The notes under the pieces: generated by a model
What the model saw: only the letters and a program-made list of their open reading frames with translations
Databases searched by the model: none
What the model was told of the DNA's origin: nothing
Position numbers and translations under genes: made by a program
Shown here: positions 10,915 through 20,253 of the stretch, piece by piece
Layout: each line of letters starts with the position of its first letter
Position numbering within the stretch: the first letter of the stretch is position 1
DNA from: Desulfatiglandales bacterium
GTDB taxonomy: Bacteria > Desulfobacterota > DSM-4660 > Desulfatiglandales > Desulfatiglandaceae
Direction: 5' to 3'
Length of the DNA: 64,000 nucleotides
Assembly (NCBI GenBank): GCA_963662465.1
Contig: OY759599.1
Span: 7,968,001 to 8,032,000, forward strand

Positions 10915-11563
10915 AAACGTATTGCCATTCTCTGGCGGCTTTGGGGTGTTTACATTCCAGAGCGTAGGGCAGATAAACAGCGCCGTATCCCTCGGCAAGA
11001 TCCTTCTCATGAATCGCCTTGACCCTTATAAGATGGTTTTTCAACAGGGGCGCCAAGGAAACGGAAAACGTGGTGACCCGGTCTTTGTCCCCTTTCCCCG
11101 AACGTACCGTAATTTCCTTTAAGTCATATTCAATGTCTTGAACGCGCAGCCGTATGGCTTTGATTATCCTCAGTCCGCTGCCATAAATCAGTTTTACAAT
11201 CAGTTGCGGCGTCCCTTTCAACAGCGCGATCACGGAAACTACCTCATCCTTGGTAAGAACAACGGGGATTTTCTGCTTTTTTTTCGCACGAACAGCATCA
11301 ATCCTGCCATCGAGAGACTGTTTGAGAACTTTCTTATACAAAAAAACAAGGGCGTTCATGGCTTGATTCTGAGTTGAAGGAGAAACATTGCCTTTGACAG
11401 CAAGGTGGGTCAAAAATTGTTCGATCTTACTTTCGGCGTCCTGAAGATCATTGCGGGATTTGATATCATGAAAGTGTACAAAACGCTTGATCCAATCACA
11501 ATAGAATCTTTCGGTGTGAATCGAATAATGCCCAAGCCGCATAACAGAATGAACATCATCCAT
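10915..11563 (-). pseudogene. intI: Integron integrase, C-terminally truncated
   Basis: MRLGHYSIHTE, STQNQAMNALVFLY, YGSGLR, GKGDKDR and integron-specific GAVYLPYAL..K.P.A..EWQYVF; no HxxR or catalytic Tyr region. Confidence 0.88.
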
Positions 11564-11673
11564 TAGTTTTTAGTTTTTTGTTGACATTGTGTTTCCTCTC
11601 TTTATACTCTGCTGATGATTAAAAAATAAGGAAGAATTGCAGATTTATGGTTTGTATACATTTCGACAATTTT

Positions 11674-11808
11674 GCCTTGATAATATCGTTTGAGAGCTAA
11701 TATCAAGGCGAAATTGCCTGATAATTCAATATCAAAGCGGAAATGCCTTGATAATAGGTGTTTTTGTCGGTTATCAGGGCAAAATGACCTGATAATCAAT
11801 AGTTAAGC
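11674..11808 (+). promoter_or_regulatory. Putative attI region with repeated TATCAAGGC...CCTTGATAAT palindromes ending in core GTTAAGC
   Basis: Lies between divergent intI and the first cassette; GTTAAGC at 11802-11808 is the exact complement of GCTTAAC at the cassette end. Confidence 0.65.
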
Positions 11809-11812
11809 ATAA

Positions 11813-12253
11813 ATGGAATATTTTTCAGAACTGGGATATATTGGTCTTTTCATCGCTGCATTCTTAGCCGCGACGATTTTACCTTTAAGCTCAGAAATTG
11901 TTTTGAGTGCTTTATTGCTGAGTGGTTTATCACCCACTACGCTAGTAATCATCGCAACAACAGGAAATGTGTTGGGTTCACTTACAAACTATGCCCTAGG
12001 ATACTGGGCTAGCTTGGTTGTGGTAAAAAAGTGGTTAAGGATGTCGGAAGATGATTTCGTGCGAGCAGAACAGCGCTTTATTAAATACGGCATGTTTTCC
12101 TTATGTTTTGCTTGGGTTCCAATAATTGGTGACCCATTAACCGTTATGGCAGGTATTTTACGGGTTCGCTTACAGTGGTTTCTTATCTTGGTTACTGCGG
12201 GTAAATTGCTGCGGTATGTCGTCATCAGTTATATGGTACTGCAAATAAATTAA
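11813..12253 (+). CDS. YqaA/DedA (VTT) family membrane protein, integron cassette 1
   Basis: FLAATILPLSSE, GNVLGS, WVPIIGDPL, GKLLRY; bounded by GTTAAGC and an attC. Confidence 0.88.
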   Translation: MEYFSELGYIGLFIAAFLAATILPLSSEIVLSALLLSGLSPTTLVIIATTGNVLGSLTNYALGYWASLVVVKKWLRMSEDDFVRAEQRFIKYGMFSLCFAWVPIIGDPLTVMAGILRVRLQWFLILVTAGKLLRYVVISYMVLQIN

Positions 12254-12264
12254 GCTGATACAAT

Positions 12265-12322
12265 GCTTAACAAGCGAATTCAGCCGACCGCTAAACGCGG
12301 CGGCTGATTCGGTGCGTTGTCC
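12265..12322 (+). mobile_element. attC recombination site
   Basis: GCTTAAC-aagcgaattcagccgaccgctaaacgcggcggctgattcggtgc-GTTGTCC: inverse core, imperfect palindrome, GTT core. Confidence 0.85.
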
Positions 12323-12356
12323 CCCCCTCCTACGCAATCATCAAACAATGGTGTGA

Positions 12357-12687
12357 TGGAAAAAACAGTTGAGGAGTTGAACTTGTTGACACGAAAAATG
12401 AGTCCCCCGTTGGAAAGTATTAAGAAACTTCGTCAACCTTTAAATTCGGGAGAAATTAAGATCTTGGATTTCCTGAATGAGTATCTTCCATGTGAGTGGG
12501 AAATTTATATTCAACCCCACATGAATGGTCTATGTCCTGATTTTGTTTTACTTCATCCAAGAATCGGGGCAAGCCTCGCTACACGTTATAGAGATAGATT
12601 GCCCATACTTTCAGCCAGTATTGCGTTTCCTAATGAACCTAAAAGCAGAGCTATGGAATTTCTTAATGATGCTTTTAACTCAAGAGT
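12357..12687 (+). pseudogene. NERD-domain nuclease fragment, probable cassette 2
   Basis: LRQPLNSGE...WEIYIQPHMNGLCPDFVLLHPRIG resembles a NERD N-terminus; interrupted at 12688. Confidence 0.6.
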
Positions 12688-12749
12688 CTGGAGTTTACAG
12701 CCGTCATGCCGCCAAAGGCATGGCGTGATACGTAGCCTTTCTCCCTTAA

Positions 12750-13007
12750 CCAGTGGGCAACTGGAGAGAACAATTTTCTACCAGCGGTGCATGATGGTTT
12801 TCAATTCCCAGGACGATGCTCTGAAAAACCCGAGAAGAGACGTGTAAAGCCGAGGTTCAATGCCCAACCATCGGATAAAAGAGCTGACGCCATATTGGTC
12901 CAGCCTGACGGTAAAGCCAAAAATTACAATCACGAACCAGTCAAAAGCGCCCTGCGGCTGAAACAGGATCTGAATTGTTCGAGTATCCAACTGATCTCGC
13001 TTATCAT
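12750..13007 (-). pseudogene. Transposase N-terminal fragment (probably DDE type)
   Basis: MISEISWILEQFRSCFSRR / AFDWFVIVIFGFTVRLDQYGVSSFIRWL...FFRASSW with a frameshift and stop; ATGA overlap with the upstream HTH gene. Confidence 0.55.
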
Positions 13008-13339
13008 AACGCCCTCCTTTGTCGCTCAGTGTATGACCGTAAAGCGAATGTATTCGGGGCTGTCCTGGTAAACGTCTGGCTGGCTTTAGCCTTTTTTAAA
13101 ATGGCCGAAACAATAGAGTCACGGTCCAGATCTACATCGTAAACCTCTTTGGCCAATCGGACGATGTCGGTCACATGCAAGGGCTTTCCGGCATCATAAA
13201 GTACGTTGTGGGCGATCTCAATCTTTGACGTACGTTTTTTAGGCCTTGTCCTATCTCCTTTTTGGAATTGTTCGATAACTTTGAGTTCTGATTCTGCAAC
13301 TTCTTTTTTAAACTGAAGATATTGCTTAAATTGATCCAT
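13004..13339 (-). CDS. Small winged-helix (HARE-HTH-like) DNA-binding protein
   Basis: AHNVLYDAGKPLHVTDIV...FTRTAPNTFALR; RBS AGGAGG. Confidence 0.7.
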   Translation of the reverse strand: MDQFKQYLQFKKEVAESELKVIEQFQKGDRTRPKKRTSKIEIAHNVLYDAGKPLHVTDIVRLAKEVYDVDLDRDSIVSAILKKAKASQTFTRTAPNTFALRSYTERQRRAL

Positions 13340-13588
13340 AGTGATACCCTCCTTTTATCGTGAACTAGAAGGAGGATACAGGAAAACATAATGTATGTCA
13401 ATAATTTTTTAATGTACGTTGATATATTTTTAGTAACATAAAATTTAAAGGTTATTATACGGTTTTCATGTTCGCAGTCAACGTACATAATAGAGAAAGT
13501 TGCGTAGTGCTATCGGGATCAGCAGCCTGCGAAGAACTCTAGACTCTCAACTGTCATAATTACAACAAAAAAAATTGCGGAAATCACC

Positions 13589-13649
13589 CTTAAAACTTAA
13601 AACCTAAAACTTAAAACCGTGCCTGAACGGCTTTTTCGTTCAGGCACTA
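13589..13649. repeat. Element family A copy with four heptamers
   Basis: CTTAAAA CTTAAAA CCTAAAA CTTAAAA CCGTGCCTGAACGGCTTTTTCGTTCAGGCACTA. Confidence 0.9.
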
Positions 13650-14507
13650 ATTCCCATCAAATGAAAATCGGGTCATTTCCCCCGTTTCCATATCCATATG
13701 TACCATGGTGTTCCTGAAAGGACGTCCCCGCTTCAGAAGAATCTTCATTACCTCCATGACTTGCATGGACGCGACGATCGCCGGCGTCGGCGCCGGGACC
13801 CCCAGAAGGGCTTCGGGGGAGGTCTTTTCCCGGGGCCTTTCTTCATTCCGTGCGCCATACAAAAGGGTCAATCCGGTATCCCCGGGAAAGACGGTCATCA
13901 CCTGACCCTCAAAACCCGCCACGGCCCCATGCACCAGGGGAATTTTCAGCGATGCAGCGGTATCCTGCATGACAAAACGATCCGGCACATTGTCCAGAGC
14001 ATCCACGATCACATCCGCTTCAGCCAGAATCGCTCCCGCATTGGCCGCACCCATTTGAACCGCATGTGCCACGACATCAACACCGGGATTCACATTTTCC
14101 AGCACCCGGGCCGCTACTTCGCATTTGAGTCGACCCAGGTTCCGTACGCTGGACAGCGCCTGCCGATTCAGGTTGGTTTCATCAAAACGGTCATGGTCCA
14201 CCACCACCAGATAACCGATTCCCATCCTGGCCAGCAGCAGAAGGACCTGCCCGCCTAGCCCCCCCGAACCCACCACCGCCACCCGTGACGTCACAAGGCG
14301 GAGCTGTTCTTCGCCGGAAATGGTTTCCCGATTCCGAAGATACCGGCAGGGACAAATACCGCGTTTCAGGGCTGCCTCGTAAACAGCCCGAAGGGTGCAG
14401 CCGAAACGGGTTCCAATCTCAATGGCTGAAGCCTCTTCCAGGGTTTTTACTTCACGCCCGGCGGGGTCATGAATTGTTTTTGACCGTTCCAGGATCAATT
14501 GATGCAT
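13647..14507 (-). CDS. ThiF/MoeB/HesA-family adenylyltransferase
   Basis: VVGSGGLGG, DRFDETNLNRQ, DALDN; start at ATG 14507 after GGGAGG. Confidence 0.9.
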   Translation of the reverse strand: MHQLILERSKTIHDPAGREVKTLEEASAIEIGTRFGCTLRAVYEAALKRGICPCRYLRNRETISGEEQLRLVTSRVAVVGSGGLGGQVLLLLARMGIGYLVVVDHDRFDETNLNRQALSSVRNLGRLKCEVAARVLENVNPGVDVVAHAVQMGAANAGAILAEADVIVDALDNVPDRFVMQDTAASLKIPLVHGAVAGFEGQVMTVFPGDTGLTLLYGARNEERPREKTSPEALLGVPAPTPAIVASMQVMEVMKILLKRGRPFRNTMVHMDMETGEMTRFSFDGN

Positions 14508-14568
14508 GGGTTTGCCTCCCCAATAAAGGGTATCCAGGTCATTCATATTTTGGCGAAGAACCTTACCC

Positions 14569-14599
14569 AAAACCTCGTTCAGGCACGGTTTTAAGTTTT
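14569..14599. repeat. Half copy of element family A, opposite orientation
   Basis: AAAACCTCGTTCAGGCACGGTTTTAAGTTTT matches the reverse complement of the other copies. Confidence 0.8.
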
Positions 14600-14842
14600 G
14601 TCAAAGCGGAACCACAATACCCCAAAGGCCTTCTTCAGGCAAAGTAAAAGAGCGTGACGCGACGCTCACGCAAGGCGCAATCTAATCCTACGATATTCTT
14701 GACGAACAATGCTTAACCGGTTATCTTAAAACAAAAAAAACAGGCATCCTTCAAAAATGGCAAAAAGTGATTCGCACTGTTTTGTGCAGTGCGGCTGAAG
14801 TCACACCTGTATTTTTTCGGAATAAATTTTTCAGGGAGATAC

Positions 14843-15322
14843 ATGGAAACCATCGGACTGGGACGATGCTGGGAAGACATGCCCGTGGGGTATACCTTCA
14901 GGACCGTCGGACGGACCATTACGGAAACCGATCTCGTGAATTTTCTGGGGTCAAGCGGCATGGTGGAGGTACTCTTCACCGATACGACCTATGCCGAAAA
15001 ACATGCTCCCGGAGGCGGGCGCATCGTCCCGGCGGCCCTCTTATTCAGCATCGCGGAAGGCCTGACCATACAGGCCACCCTGCAGGGAACCGGACTGGCA
15101 TTCATCCAAATGGATCTCGATGTGAAAGGGCCCACCTTCGTGGGAGATACCATCCATGTTGAAGCGGAAGTCACCGAAAGCCGCGCCTCCACCAAGGGTC
15201 CCGATCGCGGCCTGGTTCGCACCCGAAACAGGATTGTGAACCAAAAAGGAGAAACAGTCATCATTTATACGCCCCTTCGGCTTCATGTGGGCCGAAACAT
15301 GCTGGCTTCTCACTGGGAATAA
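14843..15322 (+). CDS. MaoC-family dehydratase (hotdog fold)
   Basis: GRTITETDLVNF, PTFVGDTI, NQKGETV; RBS GGGAG. Confidence 0.85.
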   Translation: METIGLGRCWEDMPVGYTFRTVGRTITETDLVNFLGSSGMVEVLFTDTTYAEKHAPGGGRIVPAALLFSIAEGLTIQATLQGTGLAFIQMDLDVKGPTFVGDTIHVEAEVTESRASTKGPDRGLVRTRNRIVNQKGETVIIYTPLRLHVGRNMLASHWE

Positions 15323-15402
15323 TCAAGCCTGTTTATGGTTCGGCAACGGTATGGGCAATGCCGGTCCGAATGTAATTTGGACGGATCTTCACCGGGAATG
15401 CC

Positions 15403-16089
15403 ATGGAACCTGATTCATCTCAAAATCGCTTCACCTCTTATCGGTTCGCCATACTGCTGACCATTTTTCTGCTGCAGTTGCTGACCACGCCCTTTTTTGA
15501 AGGCAGCATGGCTGCCGGATATGCGTCCGACACCTTTTTCTATCTACTTCTGGCGGCGGCAGCCTTTTCCATTCGAAACAGTCGCTTTTTCAAACCGGCC
15601 ATTGTTCTCGGCATCGTCTCCATTGCCTGTGAAATTACCAGCTATTTCTCAGGCAGCATCATGATACTGATCATCACCGGTTTCGTCGCAAACACCTATC
15701 TGGTTCTGGTAACACTGATCATCGCCGCCAGCGTGGCCCGACAACGCAGCATTAACGCGGATACCGTGATGGGCGGGTTGTGCGTCTACGTGTTGATCGG
15801 CATATTCTGGACCTCCATCTTTATCAACCTTGAACTGATCCATCCGGGGTCCTTCAATTTCGGCGTACATGGCCAACACCTTGACATCCTTTCCATTTAC
15901 GGCCTCCTGATGTATTACAGCTTCGTAACGCTGATGACCATCGGCTACGGCGACGTGGTCCCCATGTCGAGCATGGCGCAAACATTGACCATCCTGGAAG
16001 GCCTTATCGGCCAGTTCTACCTCATCTTTTTCATGGCATCCCTGGTGGGCCTTTATATCCAAAAGCGCCAAAATAAAGATTCGCTCTAA
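15403..16089 (+). CDS. Potassium-channel family (Ion_trans_2) membrane protein
   Basis: Multiple TM helices; YYSFVTLMTIGYGD pore motif. Confidence 0.88.
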   Translation: MEPDSSQNRFTSYRFAILLTIFLLQLLTTPFFEGSMAAGYASDTFFYLLLAAAAFSIRNSRFFKPAIVLGIVSIACEITSYFSGSIMILIITGFVANTYLVLVTLIIAASVARQRSINADTVMGGLCVYVLIGIFWTSIFINLELIHPGSFNFGVHGQHLDILSIYGLLMYYSFVTLMTIGYGDVVPMSSMAQTLTILEGLIGQFYLIFFMASLVGLYIQKRQNKDSL

Positions 16090-16234
16090 CCGTTCACGGG
16101 GGCAATGGTTTTTCCTTGACCTTTCGCATTTTTCTAACTACATTTTGTCAAGTTTTTTTCGGCGCCTTTGCAGCCGGATTGAACCCCAATAGCGAAAATT
16201 CTCCAGTCAATGGGCCGATAAAGGAGGTATTTTC

Positions 16235-17734
16235 ATGAAACCGGTTCCAAAGGGTTTACAGAAAACGGCACTGGGACTTGCCTTGCTGACCATCCTTTTT
16301 ATGCCGAGGTATGCGGTTTCCTCCGCCCCGGCCGATGAGGACTTTTCCCCATTGAACAGCGATGCCGACAACAATGCTATCGCTGAAGCGGTTCCCAAAC
16401 CTCCCGGGAACCTGGATGAGGCCGTTTCAAACCTGGCAAAACGGCTGGTTCAACAGGGGAACCTGCAGGGGCTGCCGGTTCTCATCAGCACCAACGACCT
16501 CTACGAAGCCCAAAGCCGCCTGAGCCTTCCCCTGGCCATCCAGTTGCGCTGCAAACTGATTACGGAGATGAAACAGCGGGGATGCCGGGTGTTGCTGAAC
16601 GGCGTTGATGCGGAAAGCACCATGATCCTCCAGGGAACCTGGCAGAAGCAGGGCAAAACACTGCAAATCGATCTCAAGGTCATGAAACTGGGGCCCAGCG
16701 GTCCCGAGGCGGTGGCATCGGCTTCGGAAAAGCTTCCACTTGAACAGATCGATCCATCCGCCCTGACCCCGAATCTGGAATCCTGGGCCCGGTATCTGGT
16801 GTGCAAACTGGAAGCCAACGCCATGAATCCCGCGCACCGTACCCTCCACATGGGCGACTTTAAGGTCAAGGGAAAGCGAGCAAGCCCGGAGTTGGGCAGC
16901 TATCTCGCCGGATGGATTCGGCCCGCCCTGGCGGAGAGCCGCATATTTCTTCCCCTGGACCCGCAAAAGGCCCTTCGGGGACTTTCCGTCGCCAGCCTGC
17001 GCACCCGCGGCGCCCGGGCCTTCTACCCGATTCAGACCGATCAAAACGACGCCCCCACTCTTACCGCGGATCTGCTCAAAGCGGACGGTGAAATGAAAGG
17101 GACCGCATGGCTTCACAAAACCAAGGTGGAGGTCCGGATTCGGGTCAATAACCGGCAAGGCCAACAGTTCACCGCGGCGGCAGCGGATATACCGTCCAAC
17201 CTCTTCCCCGGGTATCTTCTCAAAGCCCCGCCGGTCACATCGAAAACCCCTTCTCCTACACCGGAGCCCACCGGGGGCATTTCCAAAGATGGCTTGCAGG
17301 TGGAACTTACCACCGCCCGGGGTGAAGGACGCCCCCTCTACCGAAAAGATGAACACATCAAATTCGTGATCCGCCTCAACCGTTCCGCCTTTCTCTATCT
17401 GTTTGATCTCGACCCCAAAGGAAACGCAATTCTGCTCTATCCGGTGGGTGAAAACGGCCAATTGGCACGGGGAGGACAATGCGGCGCCATGCCGCAACCG
17501 GACACCCCCATTATTCTTCCAGAGGACGGATGTTCATACGATCTCGTGGTGGCCGAACCCTATGGGACGGACCGGGTGTGGGTGGTGGCTGCCGAATCCC
17601 CCCTGGATTTTCCGGGGGATCTGGCGGGCGATTGGTCAAAAGCAAATGAACTGGTAAGCCGCCTCAGGGGCCAGGGGCTTTCCGGCCGGGGCGGCTATGC
17701 CGAGGCCCAGGTGGAGGTGGTTACCGAGCCTTAG
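16235..17734 (+). CDS. Exported protein with C-terminal DUF4384-like domain
   Basis: Signal peptide; C-terminal YRKDEHIKFVI...YLYLF-like...LLYP...EPYGTDRVWVVA; RBS AGGAGG. Confidence 0.7.
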   Translation: MKPVPKGLQKTALGLALLTILFMPRYAVSSAPADEDFSPLNSDADNNAIAEAVPKPPGNLDEAVSNLAKRLVQQGNLQGLPVLISTNDLYEAQSRLSLPLAIQLRCKLITEMKQRGCRVLLNGVDAESTMILQGTWQKQGKTLQIDLKVMKLGPSGPEAVASASEKLPLEQIDPSALTPNLESWARYLVCKLEANAMNPAHRTLHMGDFKVKGKRASPELGSYLAGWIRPALAESRIFLPLDPQKALRGLSVASLRTRGARAFYPIQTDQNDAPTLTADLLKADGEMKGTAWLHKTKVEVRIRVNNRQGQQFTAAAADIPSNLFPGYLLKAPPVTSKTPSPTPEPTGGISKDGLQVELTTARGEGRPLYRKDEHIKFVIRLNRSAFLYLFDLDPKGNAILLYPVGENGQLARGGQCGAMPQPDTPIILPEDGCSYDLVVAEPYGTDRVWVVAAESPLDFPGDLAGDWSKANELVSRLRGQGLSGRGGYAEAQVEVVTEP

Positions 17735-17868
17735 CGGCTATGGTCACAAGCCGGGACAAAATGTTTGAACACGATTTAAAAGATTGTAATGATGGACAGG
17801 ATTACCATTGGCCGATAAAATGGGCATCCTTCAATTTTCAGTTTACGGTTTTTGCCCCTGTCCCTGTC

Positions 17869-17977
17869 GTAGATTGGGTTGAGCGTTTGAAATCGTTGGG
17901 TTTCCTTAGGGCGGCATCTCATGTGTTGCAGATCCATCGGGTTGAGGGTTACAAAATAGCGAAACCCAACCTTCTAC
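17869..17977. repeat. REP-like element (GTAG...CTAC)
   Basis: GTAGATTGGGTTGAGCG...GTTGGGTTTC...GAAACCCAACCTTCTAC between convergent genes. Confidence 0.6.
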
Positions 17978-18007
17978 AGAGAAGAAGACCAACGAAAGAA
18001 GTGGGTC

Positions 18008-18969
18008 TCAAATCAATCCATTTGGACCGGAAGGCACACACGTTCCCCGAACGCGGCACAACATCGCTTCAAAGGCCTCCATATCATTGCACCTGAAGGC
18101 CTGCCGGAAAAGGGACTTTAGAGCGAACAGAGAATCCATCCGCCCGATCTCCTCCGCAAGTCCACCGCGTCCACCCGGCACAAAGCCAAATTTCTCAAGC
18201 ACCAGATCCAAAAGCATCTCCCGTGCATTTTCCACGCTTCCCAGACTCTTGCCCTCCTCAATCCCTTTTTCTCTTGCAATTTCTACAATATCCAGCATTT
18301 TTAGCTCCTCCCACAGCGCAAGCAGACGTTTTTTGTCAATCATCTTGTTGGATAGAACCAGTGTGGCCGCCGTCAGTTGGGGGGATATCCTGCCGTCCCG
18401 GACCAGTTCCACCTCAAAACGGATCACCTCTTCCACAAACCGGGCACGCTCATCCCCCTTTGCCTTGCCGTACAACGGCAACACCACCAGTTCCAGCCAC
18501 TGCCTGAATGTCCCAGCCGCTACCTCCGCACGGATTTCCTCAAACCGCTTTTTACCGTCCTTTTGGCTGAAATCGAGTACCACGGGGCGATACGTCCCGC
18601 TGGTTGTTTCGAGACTGCGGGCATTTGGGTCCACTTTTCCATCACATCCGTTATCCTGGGTCCCCATTTCTTCGCCCCCCAAAGGACCCGGAGGCCAATA
18701 ATCCGTTAGGCCGCAAACCGGTACAGGTCAGACCGATTCAAATCCCGTTGTTCCTCCATATGAAACAGCGCGCCCGTCGTATCCCGTACCATCACATCCA
18801 CCCGACCTGTTTGCACACGAATGTCCACCGGCTCAAATCCAAACACGTCTTCCACCGGGGCTGTTTTGAGTCCGATGGCGTCCAGGGTTTCCCCTTTCAG
18901 TGCCTCGGCCATCCACTTCACGGTGAAATCGTAATTGTGCGGATAATCGGTCCCGTTCTTGCCTTCCAA
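18008..18969 (-). pseudogene. Rpn/PD-(D/E)XK-like nuclease family pseudogene
   Basis: RVDVMV...FHMEEQ motif and C-terminal AREKGIEEGKSLG; split by TAA at 18706-18708 plus a frame disruption. Confidence 0.65.
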
Positions 18970-19455
18970 TGGATATCCACCTCCAGAAGTTCAGTTTCTG
19001 TTTGCACCCCCAACGGCCAGACGCCTACGCGGGGTTCAATCTCAACATCCTCCCTTCTCTACTCAGGTAGTTTTATGGAAGTTGCATGTCACTGTTTTGA
19101 TTACCGCTGCGTCCGAGCTAAACGTTGTGCCGCCATCTCCAAATCCACTCCACTGTACTTCAGATAACGACGCTTTTCAAAGGTTTCTTCGGCTTTAGAA
19201 AGGATCTGATTAACAAAATCAGTGCTTCATCGCTGTCAGACCTCGTTATTTCGCCTCATTCTGCGACAGAAAAAACGCATACGGCTACATTTTGTGGGGT
19301 TTACGATGAAAATACGTCCTGACCCCGGATCTCGACCCCACCTGACTATGAAGAGGCCCTAAATATAACAGCTATCTTAATTGATTCAAGAATACATCTG
19401 AGCCGGTGATCATGACTTTCTTATGATTATTGTGGCCAAATTCATAATTTTTTAC

Positions 19456-19502
19456 TTGCATTGAAAATCTTCATTGCCTAAAATGACTGGCATGTCAGTC
19501 AT
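19456..19502 (+). promoter_or_regulatory. sigma70 promoter (TTGCAT-17-TAAAAT) overlapped by palindromic operator ATGACTGGCATGTCAGTCAT
   Basis: -35 at 19456-19461, -10 at 19479-19484, palindrome at 19483-19502. Confidence 0.75.
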
Positions 19503-20136
19503 AGATCAAAATCAAAATGAAGGCCGGAAAAAACAGGTACTACTGGTGGAGGCCGCCATTGAAATTTTCCATCAGAAGGGCTACCAACAGGCCAGGGTAT
19601 CGGACATCGTCGCGCGTGCCGGGGTGGCACAAGGCACTTTTTATCTCTATTTTCCTTCCAAAGAAGCCATATTTCGCCACATTTGCACTGAATTCATGCA
19701 GCGTTTCAGCCTGGCATTTCAGAAAAGCGAACATGTCTTTGACGGTTCTACACAACGAGAGATTTGGGAATCCATGTCCCGATTCATTCGGGAATTATTG
19801 ATCGTTTACCGGGAAAATGGCGAAGTGGCCGAGCTGATTTCCCGCGAAGGGATTGGGCATGGGGGACTTTTCAAGGAAATTTACGAGGACCTGTTCATAC
19901 ACTTTCACCAATTGTTGCAGGCCAGATTGAAAGACAGCATTCAGCGGGGCGTGGTTCGCCTTCAAGATCCTGAAACGACCTCCATTTTCATGATCGGCCT
20001 TTTTGAGCGCAGCATGTTTCTGTTTTCTTTGATGGGAAAAGAACCGGCGGTGGATGAACTGGCCGAGTACATGACGGCGTTTATCATGAAAGGATTGTCG
20101 TTGAACATGCCCGCCTCATTGGATGGAGGGATCTGA
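19492..20136 (+). CDS. TetR/AcrR-family regulator
   Basis: AAIEIFHQKGY...VSDIVARAGVAQGTFYLYFPSKE; start could alternatively be 19483. Confidence 0.92.
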   Translation: MSVIDQNQNEGRKKQVLLVEAAIEIFHQKGYQQARVSDIVARAGVAQGTFYLYFPSKEAIFRHICTEFMQRFSLAFQKSEHVFDGSTQREIWESMSRFIRELLIVYRENGEVAELISREGIGHGGLFKEIYEDLFIHFHQLLQARLKDSIQRGVVRLQDPETTSIFMIGLFERSMFLFSLMGKEPAVDELAEYMTAFIMKGLSLNMPASLDGGI

Positions 20137-20163
20137 AAAAATACCATATTTTTTTGCCGCAAG

Positions 20164-20183
20164 ATGACTGACACGTCAGTCTT
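20164..20183. promoter_or_regulatory. Second putative TetR operator ATGACTGACACGTCAGTCTT
   Basis: Near-identical palindrome to 19483-19502, upstream of the MMPL gene. Confidence 0.75.
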
Positions 20184-20253
20184 GCACGATATTCCGGGCC
20201 GTCCCCGAAAGAGTCAAAACATCACGACGTGTCTATTTATTTGGAGCATTGAA

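Larger units (their letters stand above)
12688..13556 (-). mobile_element. Internally deleted IS relic (HTH gene plus transposase N-terminus)
   Basis: Bounded by related motifs CTGGAGTTTACAGCCGTCA and CTAGACTCTCAACTGTCA; contains a broken transposase-like frame. Confidence 0.5.

Noticed and set aside
19180..19361. Possible MITE bounded by AGGTTTCTTC and GAAGAGGCCCT
   Set aside because: Inverted match too weak, and no second copy in the window.
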